A stretch of 64,000 nt of DNA from an uncultured delta proteobacterium (GTDB taxonomy: Bacteria; Myxococcota; Myxococcia; Myxococcales; Myxococcaceae), in the NCBI GenBank assembly GCA_963796055.1, contig CAWCKH010000004.1, forward strand, positions 3,456,001 through 3,520,000, written 5' to 3'. Below the pieces are notes generated by a model. That model was not told the origin of the DNA and ran no database searches. It saw only the letters and a program-made list of their open reading frames with translations. A program made the position numbers and the translations under genes. This document shows positions 9,978-19,396 of this stretch, in pieces (the first letter of the stretch is position 1; each line of letters starts with the position of its first letter).

Positions 9978-11655
9978 GGATCTCACCCGCATCGCGCTGG
10001 TGGCCGTCGCCGTGTGGGTGCTCTTCGTGTTGGGGATCCTCACCGGCTGCGCCTCCGGTCCGCGCCAGTTCAAGGCCGCACCTACCCTCTGGACAGACGA
10101 TGACCGCCGGCCGTTCGAGCGCCCCCCGGAGACCTCGTACATCCCGAAGTACTGGGACGGCGCCGACCACATCGTCTTTCGGCCTCTCTCCCACATGTTT
10201 CTGCTCGAGACCTCGCGCCCGGCAGTGAACGTGAACGCCTTCGACGAGGTCCCAGATTCGAGCTGGTTCGTGAATCGACTGTCGCGACATATAATGACAG
10301 CGGAGGAGATCGCCCGCGGCGCTTGCTCTCGGCCATCGCCCGAGGCGGACCTGCCGTGGAAGGTCGTGGCGGCGAAGGCCGATGGCGACAACCCGGGATT
10401 CCAGATCACGACCCGATCCGGGACCAGGTACCTCCTGAAGTTCGACAACAAGAGCCAGTGGGAGCGGGCATCGGCGGCGGACGTGGTGGGCAGCCGGCTC
10501 TACTTCGCCGCCGGATTCCAGGCGCCGTGCAACCGCGTGGTCTACTTCCGTCCCGCCGACCTTCAGGCCCCCGAAAAGCCGACCCCAGGCTCGGACGGGA
10601 AGCCGCTCACCCGTGAGAGCATCGAGGGCATGCTCAAGGACCTCCCGCGCGAGCAGGATGGCACTCTCCGTGGCCTGGCCAGCGAGTTCCTGCCAGGGAA
10701 GCCGATCGGGCCCTGGCTCTACGAGGGCGTGCGCGGGGACGACCCGAACGACGCGGTCCCGCACCAGGACCGCCGAGAGCTCCGCGGCTCGCGGCTCCTC
10801 GCCGCCTGGATCAGCCATCACGATGCGCGCTCGATGAACACGCTGGCGCTCTGGGCCGATGACGGGGGCGGACGGGGCCACGTCGAGCATTACATGATCG
10901 ACTGGGGAGATACCCTCGGCGGCCTGATCCAGATCGGGAGCGGCACCAATTCCATGATGGACAGGCTCTCCCGCCGCGTCGGTTACACCTACTACATCGA
11001 CTTCGGGGCGATCGCGACCGACTTCTTCACCTTCGGCGCGCTGGAGCGCCCCTGGGAGCGCGCTCACTACGGGCCGGCCGGGAAAATCTTCGGTTACTTC
11101 AACGACGAGGAGTTCGTCGCCGAGGACTGGAAGGCGGGATACCCCAATCCCGCGTTCTCCAACATGGTGGAGGAGGACGGCGCCTGGATGGCGCGGATCA
11201 TCGCCCGCTTCGACGACGAGACCATCTCTGCGGTGGTCCGCGAGGCGCGCCTTACCAGCCCAGTGGCCCGGAGCGAGCTCGCGCGCATCCTTCGGGGCAG
11301 GCGCGACCGGATCCTCCAGCGGTACCTCCTGCGGCTCTCCTCGCTCACCGACGCGCGGGTCGAGGACCACACCCTCTGTGTCCGCGACCGGGCCGCGGAG
11401 GCCGCCGTACCCCCCGCCCGCGCCTTCTCCGCCCGGATCTGGTCTTCGTCGACGAGCTTCGGCGACCTCCCGGTCCAGCGCCGGAGCGAAGGCGAGCTGT
11501 GCACCGTGCTCCCGGCGCTGCCTCCTGGCCAGCAGATCGTGGAGCTGTCCACCGGCAGGCCAGGCCAGGGACCCCTCTGGGTTCACGTTCAGGAGGCGTC
11601 GGCCGCACGGGTGGTCGGGCTGCGACGACCGGAATCCGCGGACCAGGCGCTCTAG
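9967..11655 (+). CDS. lipoprotein with atypical kinase-like motifs
   Basis: Lipobox LTGC; YLLKFD, HHDARSMN, MIDWG; overlaps the barrel stop codon. Confidence 0.7.
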   Translation: MESKDLTRIALVAVAVWVLFVLGILTGCASGPRQFKAAPTLWTDDDRRPFERPPETSYIPKYWDGADHIVFRPLSHMFLLETSRPAVNVNAFDEVPDSSWFVNRLSRHIMTAEEIARGACSRPSPEADLPWKVVAAKADGDNPGFQITTRSGTRYLLKFDNKSQWERASAADVVGSRLYFAAGFQAPCNRVVYFRPADLQAPEKPTPGSDGKPLTRESIEGMLKDLPREQDGTLRGLASEFLPGKPIGPWLYEGVRGDDPNDAVPHQDRRELRGSRLLAAWISHHDARSMNTLALWADDGGGRGHVEHYMIDWGDTLGGLIQIGSGTNSMMDRLSRRVGYTYYIDFGAIATDFFTFGALERPWERAHYGPAGKIFGYFNDEEFVAEDWKAGYPNPAFSNMVEEDGAWMARIIARFDDETISAVVREARLTSPVARSELARILRGRRDRILQRYLLRLSSLTDARVEDHTLCVRDRAAEAAVPPARAFSARIWSSSTSFGDLPVQRRSEGELCTVLPALPPGQQIVELSTGRPGQGPLWVHVQEASAARVVGLRRPESADQAL

Positions 11656-11688
11656 AGGCGTAGGAGCCATCGGTAAACATCGCCGTCC

Positions 11689-12141
11689 TTGCCGGAGACA
11701 GACAACAACCTGAACCGGGCGACGGTGACCGACGCCGGCGCGCGGGGGCTTTTCGTCGACCTGAAGCGCGCCGCGGGGAGGATCCAGGGGACCATCCGGG
11801 TGGACCTGCCGGTGGATCTCCAGGCGAAGGGAAACCAGATCACGGGCCGCTACGCGGGCGCCAACTTCGATCTCACGCTGATGCCGGATGGCGACGAGAC
11901 CCGGGCGACGGGCCTGCTCCGCGGGCAGCCGTCGACCGTCTGGCTGAGCCCGCAGAAGATCCGCGGCACGGTCGGCGAGTGCCGGTTCGATCTCGTCTGG
12001 GGGGCGGGGCGGTACACCGGGCTGCGGACCTGCGGGCCCATGGCCAACGAGACCGTGAGCCTGCTCGTCCCCGCGGCGCTCGCGAGCTGGAGCGATCCCG
12101 AGGCGGCCGCGCTGCTGACCCTGGTGGTGCCGCGGCAGTGA
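11689..12141 (+). CDS. hypothetical beta-rich protein, start uncertain
   Basis: Coding-like 150-aa ORF with TTG start and a Cys pair; no signal peptide. Confidence 0.55.
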   Translation: MPETDNNLNRATVTDAGARGLFVDLKRAAGRIQGTIRVDLPVDLQAKGNQITGRYAGANFDLTLMPDGDETRATGLLRGQPSTVWLSPQKIRGTVGECRFDLVWGAGRYTGLRTCGPMANETVSLLVPAALASWSDPEAAALLTLVVPRQ

Positions 12142-12221
12142 GTGGTGGCGTGGCCGGGCGCTCAGGCTCGGCCGAGGCTGGGGGGCGAAACAATCCGCGG
12201 GAGCGCAACGACTCCTCTCCG

Positions 12222-12635
12222 ATGAGCCTTCGCGCTGCCTCCCTCTGCTTCTCCATCTCACTCCTCATCGCCCCGCTCGCGATCGCCCAGGAGGTCGTGC
12301 CGCCTTCCCCCTCCCAGGAGGCGGTGGCTGCCTGCGTCGGTCGCGAGTCCGGGGCGTCCTGTCCCTTGCAGCACCAGGGGCAGAGCGTCACCGGGAGCTG
12401 CCGGCAGCTGCCCGGCGGGGCCGTCGCCTGCGCCCCCGAACCGCCGCGCTCCGGGTCCACCTCCGAGGCGCTCGAGGCCTGCCAGGGTCAGCAGGATGGC
12501 GCGGCTTGCGGCATCGCCGGCCCTCGAGGGGAGCCGTTCGCTGGCGTCTGCCGGAGCGGTCCGCCCGGTGAACCGGCGGCCTGCGTGCCCAACGGCCCGC
12601 CGCAGCCTTCCGGTGCCGGCGGCAGCGGTCGGTGA
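12222..12635 (+). CDS. secreted protein with two 4-Cys repeats
   Basis: Signal peptide, then two EA..AC..G..C..G.C..AC.P units. Confidence 0.75.
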   Translation: MSLRAASLCFSISLLIAPLAIAQEVVPPSPSQEAVAACVGRESGASCPLQHQGQSVTGSCRQLPGGAVACAPEPPRSGSTSEALEACQGQQDGAACGIAGPRGEPFAGVCRSGPPGEPAACVPNGPPQPSGAGGSGR

Positions 12636-12779
12636 TCCGCTGACCCGGTACCGGAAGCTGTCGAGGATCATGCGACGCACGAGGTGGTGAAGTCTCGGCG
12701 GCTGTCGAGGGTACTCCTCGTCGCCGCGGAAACACCCGACCGTGGCGCCGCGACCGAGCACGGAAGGCAAGGAGTCGCC

Positions 12780-13418
12780 ATGTCACCGAAGCTTTTCGCC
12801 AGGGCCTGCAGCGCGTTCACCATGCTCGCGCTCGCGGCCTGCGCGAGCACGGAATTCAAGAACACCTGGAAGGCGCCCGATGCGGCACCGCTCTCGGTGA
12901 AGCCGGGTGACGTGGTCGTCACCATGGTGATCAGCAAGGAGGAGACGATTCGCAGGAGCGGAGAGGACCAGCTCGGCGACGAGCTGCGGCAGCGCGGGCT
13001 CCGACCCATCGCCTCGTACACCCTCATTCCCACGCCCGCGGTCGACGACCGGCCGAGGGCAGAGGCCGCCATCCGGTCCTCCGGCGCGGTCGCGGTCTTC
13101 GTCGTGCGGCCCATCGCGATCGACAAGGAGCAGCGCTACGTGCCGACCACGTACATGGGCCCGGCCCCTGGTTTCGGGTCCTTCTACACTCGGGGGTGGG
13201 GCTCCGCCTACGGCGGCTACTACGTCACCGAGACGGTGGTGAAGCTGGAGACGCTCGTCTTCGATCTGAAACAGGACAAGCTGATCTGGGCAGGGCAGAG
13301 CGAGACCACCAACCCCGACAAGCTCGAGGATTTCGTGCGGGAGCTGGTGAAGGTCGGCGTTGCCCAGCTGCGGAAGGAAGGCGTCATCGCTGGAGAGCCA
13401 TCCGGGCGGCAGAGCTGA
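12780..13418 (+). CDS. lipoprotein (DUF4136-like)
   Basis: AAGGAG RBS; lipobox LAAC; Tyr/Gly-rich loop; LIWAGQSET. Confidence 0.75.
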   Translation: MSPKLFARACSAFTMLALAACASTEFKNTWKAPDAAPLSVKPGDVVVTMVISKEETIRRSGEDQLGDELRQRGLRPIASYTLIPTPAVDDRPRAEAAIRSSGAVAVFVVRPIAIDKEQRYVPTTYMGPAPGFGSFYTRGWGSAYGGYYVTETVVKLETLVFDLKQDKLIWAGQSETTNPDKLEDFVRELVKVGVAQLRKEGVIAGEPSGRQS

Positions 13419-13519
13419 CTTCGAAACGTCCGGAGGCACCCCAGCCCGGTGTCGACACAGAGGGGCTGTGTCTCGAGCGCGGTGACGAGCCTGGGAGTGC
13501 CGGAGCGGAGTGCACGGGG

Positions 13520-13666
13520 TCAGTGCTGGCTGATCACTTCAAGGAACGTCGTCCGCTTGCCGATCGCCAGCACCCAGAGGCACCGCACGAGACAGCGGGC
13601 GCCAAACTCCCGGTAGATGATTCCGAGGTTCTGCACCACGTCACGTCCGGTGATGATTCCGCGCAT
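13520..13666 (-). CDS. 48-aa small protein, copy 2
   Basis: Identical peptide to 5329-5475. Confidence 0.8.
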   Translation of the reverse strand: MRGIITGRDVVQNLGIIYREFGARCLVRCLWVLAIGKRTTFLEVISQH

Positions 13667-13682
13667 TGCACGGATCCCACCT

Positions 13683-13699
13683 AGCAATGTGAAGGCCAA
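13683..13699 (-). promoter_or_regulatory. sigma54 promoter candidate TTGGCCTTCACATTGCT
   Basis: GG-N10-GC; differences from copy 1 lie only in the spacer. Confidence 0.65.
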
Positions 13700-13934
13700 C
13701 GTCAGGCCGCCGCGCGGGTAGTCGTTTCCAAAGCGGTGCGTTGCGTCGCGGCAAATTGCCGTCCAGCTTCGGGCGAGCGTGAAGGATGAGGCGCGCTGCC
13801 TCGCCGGACACGCCCCTCCGCTCAGGCGACTGCGCCCGAGCCTGGGTCCGTTGCTGCACTGGCCGCGGTAACACACGTGACCGGTGGTGCCTCTCAGCCT
13901 GTGGGGCCAGTGGCTCCGATCCTGGAGGTTCGAG

Positions 13935-14822
13935 ATGGCGCACGTGAGGTGGCTGTGGGCAGCGGCGCTCGCAACGGGGTGCGCGACCACTCCCACCGTC
14001 GCCCCGACGTTCACCTATGCGCCGCGCTCCGGGACCCACTACGTCCGGACGGTGAAGGTGGTGAATGAGACCACTGTGATCGGGAGCCCGCTCCGGCAGC
14101 GAGAGGAGCAGGAATTCGTGTGGAACGTGGCATTCACCCGCCAGGGGGACCTCACCCTGGTCACGCACCAGCTCCAGCGGTTGACGGTCCGGGTCAACGA
14201 CGCCGAGATGCCTGGCCTGGAGCGAGCCGCCAGGGAGGCATTGTCGGTCGACCTCCTGGTGAGCTCGGAGCCCCGGGTTCTCGAGGTCCGGGGCGCGGAG
14301 CGGGCCGCTCAGATCCTGTCGAGCCTGGCCCCCGTGGCATCCGACGCGACCTCCGGTCCGGTCATGGGCCCCGAGCAGGTGAGGCAGATCGCCGTCGCGC
14401 TGTTCGAGATGGCGGTGCGCGACGTGGTGGGCCATCCGACCGCAGCGGGATCGACCTGGGTTGCGAGCGATCCCGACCCCGCGGTCGAACGGAAGAGGAT
14501 GAGCGTCGACCGGCTCGAGCCCTGCGGGGTTGCCCGGTGCGCCCGGGTCACGGCTCAGTACCAGATGAGCTCGCAGGGCACAGTGCGCGCAATGCGCTCT
14601 GCGCAGACGTTCCTGGAACGAAGTGGGGTGAACCCGGCCGAGACGGAGGTGCTCTCCGCTCAGCTCGACTACCAGGACGAGCTGCTTCTCGAGCCCGGAA
14701 CCCTGGTGGATCATGGCGCCAGATTCTCCCGGATCACGCGGGTCACCTTCACAGGGCCGCAAGGCAATCCCATTTCGGTCGAGTTCCGCGCCACTCTCGA
14801 GCAGAGCTCGACGTTTCCCTGA
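13935..14822 (+). CDS. hypothetical lipoprotein
   Basis: GGAGG RBS; lipobox ATGC; beta-strand-rich mature part. Confidence 0.75.
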   Translation: MAHVRWLWAAALATGCATTPTVAPTFTYAPRSGTHYVRTVKVVNETTVIGSPLRQREEQEFVWNVAFTRQGDLTLVTHQLQRLTVRVNDAEMPGLERAAREALSVDLLVSSEPRVLEVRGAERAAQILSSLAPVASDATSGPVMGPEQVRQIAVALFEMAVRDVVGHPTAAGSTWVASDPDPAVERKRMSVDRLEPCGVARCARVTAQYQMSSQGTVRAMRSAQTFLERSGVNPAETEVLSAQLDYQDELLLEPGTLVDHGARFSRITRVTFTGPQGNPISVEFRATLEQSSTFP

Positions 14823-14953
14823 CTCGAGGCAGGATTGAGGCGCACCGCAACCGCGGAGGGTTCACCGGCCGGGGAGCTCGAGCTCGAGCGCCACCAGGTT
14901 AGACCGCGACGCCGGGACGGACCGACTCGACCGCGACGCCGATCGAGCCGCCC

Positions 14954-15454
14954 TCAGGCAGCGAAGCGAGAACCGGCGAGCACCCACCGGGCCTGCTCGT
15001 ACACCACTCGGCGCAGCGCCAGCTGGCGCGGCCTCGTCGCCGTCCAGTCGATGGCCCGGGTGCAACCGTGCACGTCGCTCATGTCGGAGAAGGCATGCAG
15101 CCGGTGAGCACTCCAGAACCAGGCCGTGACCTCGGCGTTGTGCGGCACCACCAGGTCGGGGTGCTTCACCAGATCGAGCGCCAGGGCCGCCCCTGCCGCT
15201 TGATAGTTCCGGAGGCCGGTCAGCTGGATCCACCCTCGACCGAAATAGGGTGTCAAGGCGCGGCGTGAGCCGTCCATCTCCTCGAGGAGAGTGAAGGAGT
15301 CCGACCTGACGGCGAGCTGCGCCACCAGCATCGCCGCCCGCAGGTCGGTGACGCTGCGGGTGCGGGCCAGGATGGCGTTCAGTGCCGCGACCGCGCCCGC
15401 AGGTGCGCCGGGACAGATGGCCCTGAGCTGGGCGGTGGTGAGTGTGATGGCCAC
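14954..15454 (-). CDS. glycoside hydrolase family 19-like protein, copy 2 (catalytic Glu apparently absent)
   Basis: YFGRGWIQLTG, NY, AWFW; QLAVRS in place of QxxHES; GTG start. Confidence 0.8.
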   Translation of the reverse strand: MAITLTTAQLRAICPGAPAGAVAALNAILARTRSVTDLRAAMLVAQLAVRSDSFTLLEEMDGSRRALTPYFGRGWIQLTGLRNYQAAGAALALDLVKHPDLVVPHNAEVTAWFWSAHRLHAFSDMSDVHGCTRAIDWTATRPRQLALRRVVYEQARWVLAGSRFAA

Positions 15455-15563
15455 GTCAGAGTTGTGTCGCTCTGCGCCTCGATGTTTCCGTACGTCCAGG
15501 CCAGCCCTGCGCCGGCGCATTCCGATGGCCGCTCTGCCGGCGACCCATGGCCTGGAGTGTCGC

Positions 15564-15590
15564 GGAAACAAGCTGCAGCAGCCGTGACAC
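15564..15590 (+). promoter_or_regulatory. ECF-type promoter candidate GGAAAC-N16-GACAC upstream of mla operon
   Basis: Third exact copy; a divergent N15 variant at 15464-15489 (-) precedes GH19 copy 2. Confidence 0.55.
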
Positions 15591-15721
15591 CCACCTGGAT
15601 GAAGGGGTCCGGGGGACGCCTCGCGCAGCCCGGATCAGGAGATGAGGGACGCAGGATTCGTAAGAGCTGAGAGCGCTCACAAGCCCGTGAGCGGAGATCC
15701 GAGACGTCGGGACGAGAAGCC

Positions 15722-16849
15722 ATGGAGCAGGTCGATCTCGAGTATGGAAGAAGACCCGACGGCACCCTGCATGTCGCGCTGGGCGGCGACTGGAAGCTGA
15801 CGCGCGGAATCCCCGCGCTCCGAGGTGTGCTCGAAGAGATCGAGAGACAGCCTCCTCCGCAAAGAGTCGTCTTCGAAACGAGTGTCCTCGCCGGCTGGGA
15901 CAGCGGGCTGCTCACGTTCCTTCTGGGGGTGCTGTCGCGATGCATGCAGCTTGGCGTCGAGGTCGATCGCCAGGGGCTACCCAAGGGGGTGGAGCGGCTC
16001 CTCGCGCTCGCCACCGCGGTGCCAGCCAGGCGCAGCTCCCGAAGCCAGCCGTCGGAGTCCTTTCTCGCAAGCGTCGGCGATGCCGCGATCACCGGGTCAC
16101 GTGCGTGTCAGGACACGCTCGCCTTCATCGGTGAAGCATTCCTCGCGCTGGTACGCCTCTTCACGGGAAAGGCCCGGTTCCGGCGTTCGGACTTGCTGCT
16201 CGTCCTTCAGGGCTGTGGCGCGCGCTCGCTTGGAATCGTCGCGCTCATCAATTTCCTGGTGGGAATCATCCTCGCGTTCGTCGGCGCGATCGAGCTTCGG
16301 ACCTTCGGAGCACAGATCTACGTCGCGCACCTGGTGGGGATCGGCATGCTCCGGGACATCGCGCCGATCATGACCGGGATCATCGTCACCGGTCGCACCG
16401 GGGCGGCCTTCGCGGCGGAGCTCGCCACGATGGAGGCAAACCAGGAGACCGATGCGCTGAGAACGCTCGGTATCCCGCCAATGGACTTCCTGGTCCTTCC
16501 CCGACTGCTTGCCCTCTCCCTGATGATGCCCTTGCTCTGCCTCTACGCCGATCTGGTGGGAATCGCCGGCGGGCTCGTCGTCTCCGCCTCGATGCTCGGG
16601 ATCAGCCCCGTGCAATATCTGCTCGAGACGAAGCACGCGGTTCACGTCAACGACCTGTTCCTCGGATTGTTCATGGGCTTCGTCTTCGGAGTGCTGGTGG
16701 CCCTCACCGGATGCATGCGCGGCCTCCGCAGCGGGCGCAGCGCCGCGGCCGTCGGCGAGGCCACCACCTCCGCCGTCGTCACCGGAATCGTCAGCATCGT
16801 GGTCGCGACTGCGATCATCACTGTTCTCGCCTATGTCCTCGGAATCTGA
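15722..16849 (+). CDS. mlaE: MlaE family ABC permease with N-terminal STAS-like domain
   Basis: WDSG in the N-domain; GRTGAAFAAELATM, PRLLAL, VGEATTSAVV. Confidence 0.92.
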   Translation: MEQVDLEYGRRPDGTLHVALGGDWKLTRGIPALRGVLEEIERQPPPQRVVFETSVLAGWDSGLLTFLLGVLSRCMQLGVEVDRQGLPKGVERLLALATAVPARRSSRSQPSESFLASVGDAAITGSRACQDTLAFIGEAFLALVRLFTGKARFRRSDLLLVLQGCGARSLGIVALINFLVGIILAFVGAIELRTFGAQIYVAHLVGIGMLRDIAPIMTGIIVTGRTGAAFAAELATMEANQETDALRTLGIPPMDFLVLPRLLALSLMMPLLCLYADLVGIAGGLVVSASMLGISPVQYLLETKHAVHVNDLFLGLFMGFVFGVLVALTGCMRGLRSGRSAAAVGEATTSAVVTGIVSIVVATAIITVLAYVLGI

Positions 16850-17633
16850 AGGCAACGCTACCGGAGAGACGGGTCCGAAGATCACGGTGAGAGATCTCAC
16901 CATGGCCTACGGCGACTCGATGGTCGTTCGAGACCTCAACTTCAGCGTGAAGGAGCGCGAGATCTTCGTCATCATGGGCGGGAGCGGTAGCGGGAAGAGC
17001 ACGCTGCTCCGGCACCTCATCGGACTGCAGGAACCTGCCCGGGGGACGATCTCCTACCAGGGCACCAGCTCCGATCTCTGGGAGATGGCGACGCCGGAGC
17101 GAGAGCGCCTCCTGCGACGCTTCGGAGTCCTCTACCAGGGGGGCGCCCTGTGGAGCTCGATGACCCTCGGGGAGAACGTGTCCCTCCCGATGCAGGAGTA
17201 CGGCGTCGCCGGCGCCGAGGAGATCTCCGCGCTCGCCTCGCTCAAGCTCGCCCTGGTCGGTCTCGCCGGCTGCGAGGACTACTACCCCGCGGAGATCAGC
17301 GGCGGCATGACCAAGCGGGCGGGTCTGGCACGCGCGATTGCGCTGGAGCCAGACATCCTCTTCTTCGACGAGCCGTCTGCGGGTCTGGATCCGATCACCT
17401 CGCGGCGCCTGGACGACCTCATCCTCGATCTGCGTGACAGCCTCGGCGCCACGATCGTCGTGGTGACCCACGAGCTCGCGAGCATCTTCGCCATCGGCGA
17501 CAACTCCGTGCTTCTCGACGGGCAGAGCAAGGCGATGATCGCCTCGGGAAACCCGAAGCGGCTCCTGGCCGAATCGAAGGATCCGCGAGTGCTCTCTTTT
17601 CTCACCCGGGGCGGAGGGACGAGTCATGCGTAG
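16833..17633 (+). CDS. mlaF: ABC ATP-binding protein, MlaF-like
   Basis: GGSGSGKS, ISGGMTKRAGLARA, DEPSAGLDP. Confidence 0.92.
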   Translation: MSSESEGNATGETGPKITVRDLTMAYGDSMVVRDLNFSVKEREIFVIMGGSGSGKSTLLRHLIGLQEPARGTISYQGTSSDLWEMATPERERLLRRFGVLYQGGALWSSMTLGENVSLPMQEYGVAGAEEISALASLKLALVGLAGCEDYYPAEISGGMTKRAGLARAIALEPDILFFDEPSAGLDPITSRRLDDLILDLRDSLGATIVVVTHELASIFAIGDNSVLLDGQSKAMIASGNPKRLLAESKDPRVLSFLTRGGGTSHA

Positions 17634-18585
17634 GCAACCGAGCAAGACGCTCATCGGAGCGTTCGTCGTCGGCGCCGTGGCGCTGGCTGTTCTGGGCATC
17701 GCCGCCTTCGGTTCCGGGAGGCTCTTTCAGAAGCGTTTCACGTGCGTGATGTACTTCTCCGGGTCGATCACCGGGCTGTCGATCGGCTCGCCCGTCGAGT
17801 TCAGAGGGGTCAAGATCGGCCAGGTCACGAAGATCGCCGCGGTGCTCGATCCGAAGGCCGTGAGCGTCCACATTCCCGTCTACATCGAGGTTGACCCGAA
17901 GAGCCTGATCGTCCTGGGCGACGAGGACGCGTCGAAGGTGCTCTCCACGAACCACTTCTACGAACCCCTCCTGGAGAAGGGGCTGAAGGCGCAGCTCGAC
18001 ATCGAGAGCTTCGTGACCAGGAAGCTCTACATCAACATGGATTTCCACCCCGGTCCCCCGCAGCTCCTCGGACTCGACCCCCGGTATCCGGAGATCCCCA
18101 CCATCCCCTCGCTTCAAGAAGAGATCGTGAAGACGCTGCAGAAGCTCCCCGAGAAGATCATCGCCGTCGCCGACGGGATCGAACGGCTGGTCAATTCTCC
18201 CGAGGCACAGGACGGCCTGCGCGACCTCGACGCTCTGATCCGGGCGTTCACCAAGGAGGTCGGGCCTCTGTCCGCGAGCACGCGGTCGACGCTGGCGGCC
18301 GCGCGCCGCGCCTTCACGCAAGGCGAGAAGACGCTGGCCATGAAGGAGGGCCCGTCGGCGGAGATGGCGGCGAGCTTCACCGATACCATGAAGAAGGCCA
18401 GCGGCTCCCTCGACCAGATGCGCTCGACGCTGGAGACCTACCAGAGGCTGGCTGAACCGAGCGGCACGCTGGGGCACGACCTGACGAGGATGCTCGGGGA
18501 TCTCGATGCCGCGGCGCGCTCGGTGCATACGCTGGCCGAGTACCTCGAGCTCCACCCCGAAGCGGTCCTGAAGGGAAAGCAATGA
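17626..18585 (+). CDS. mlaD: MlaD/MCE family protein
   Basis: N-terminal TM, GLSIGSPVEFRGVKIGQV, helical tail. Confidence 0.9.
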   Translation: MRRQPSKTLIGAFVVGAVALAVLGIAAFGSGRLFQKRFTCVMYFSGSITGLSIGSPVEFRGVKIGQVTKIAAVLDPKAVSVHIPVYIEVDPKSLIVLGDEDASKVLSTNHFYEPLLEKGLKAQLDIESFVTRKLYINMDFHPGPPQLLGLDPRYPEIPTIPSLQEEIVKTLQKLPEKIIAVADGIERLVNSPEAQDGLRDLDALIRAFTKEVGPLSASTRSTLAAARRAFTQGEKTLAMKEGPSAEMAASFTDTMKKASGSLDQMRSTLETYQRLAEPSGTLGHDLTRMLGDLDAAARSVHTLAEYLELHPEAVLKGKQ

Positions 18586-19220
18586 CCGGGACGAAGCGTC
18601 TTCGCCTGCCGCCGCTCCTCGCCTGCGCGATGTTCCTCGCGCTGGCGGGCTGCCTCGGGACCTCGCGCTCTTCGCGGTTCTACACGCTGGAGCCGCTTCA
18701 GGTCGGGGACGGTCCGGGCGCGACCGCCACCGATGCGACCCTGGCGGTCGGACCGGTAGAGCTCCCGGACTACGTCGACCGCCCGCAGATCGTCACCCGC
18801 TCCGGCACCAACGAGCTGGTCATCGCGGAGTTCGAGCGCTGGGGTGGTTCGCTCGACAGGCAGATCAGCGGCTCGCTGGTCGCGACGCTTCGGGATCGTC
18901 TGGCACCCCGGCAGATCGCGGTCGTGCCGTTGAAATCGGCCGTCCTGTCGAGCCGTCCTGCTTACCGGATGACGGTCAGCGTCTCGCGTTTCGACGGGGT
19001 GCCCGGTCAGTCGGTCGTCCTGCAGGCCAGGTGGGAACTGTGCACGCAGGGTGGCGGGAAGGAAGAGTCGCTCGGCGTGAAGGAGGCGTCGGTGACGGAG
19101 CAGATCGACGGCTCCGGCTACGACGCGCTCGTTGCGGCGATGCAAAGGGCGCTGGTCCGTCTTGGTGAGCAGATGGCCGACGGCGTCGTGGCGGCGAATC
19201 AGGTCGCAAGAGCGCGGTGA
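18582..19220 (+). CDS. pqiC: PqiC family lipoprotein
   Basis: Lipobox LAGC; GPVELPDYVDRPQIV; ERW. Confidence 0.88.
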   Translation: MTGTKRLRLPPLLACAMFLALAGCLGTSRSSRFYTLEPLQVGDGPGATATDATLAVGPVELPDYVDRPQIVTRSGTNELVIAEFERWGGSLDRQISGSLVATLRDRLAPRQIAVVPLKSAVLSSRPAYRMTVSVSRFDGVPGQSVVLQARWELCTQGGGKEESLGVKEASVTEQIDGSGYDALVAAMQRALVRLGEQMADGVVAANQVARAR

Positions 19221-19396
19221 GACCGCGGTGAGACCGCGGATTCTCCCGAACAGCAGGTCACATGCGACCTCGACGCCCGGCACGGGGAGCGGCGGTGACA
19301 GGACGCATCAGCCCGTTTCCAGCGAGCGTGGCGGAGCGCGGGAGTGCGGTAACAGAGGGTCGTCCTCGACAGACTGACGCTTGGAGGACCGAAGCC

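Larger units (their letters stand above)
13447..13736. repeat. dispersed direct repeat, copy 2
   Basis: Matches 5206-5545. Confidence 0.92.

Noticed and set aside
19213..19239. Short tandem duplication CGCGGTGAGAC at the pqiC stop
   Set aside because: Two copies only; likely slippage with no sign of function
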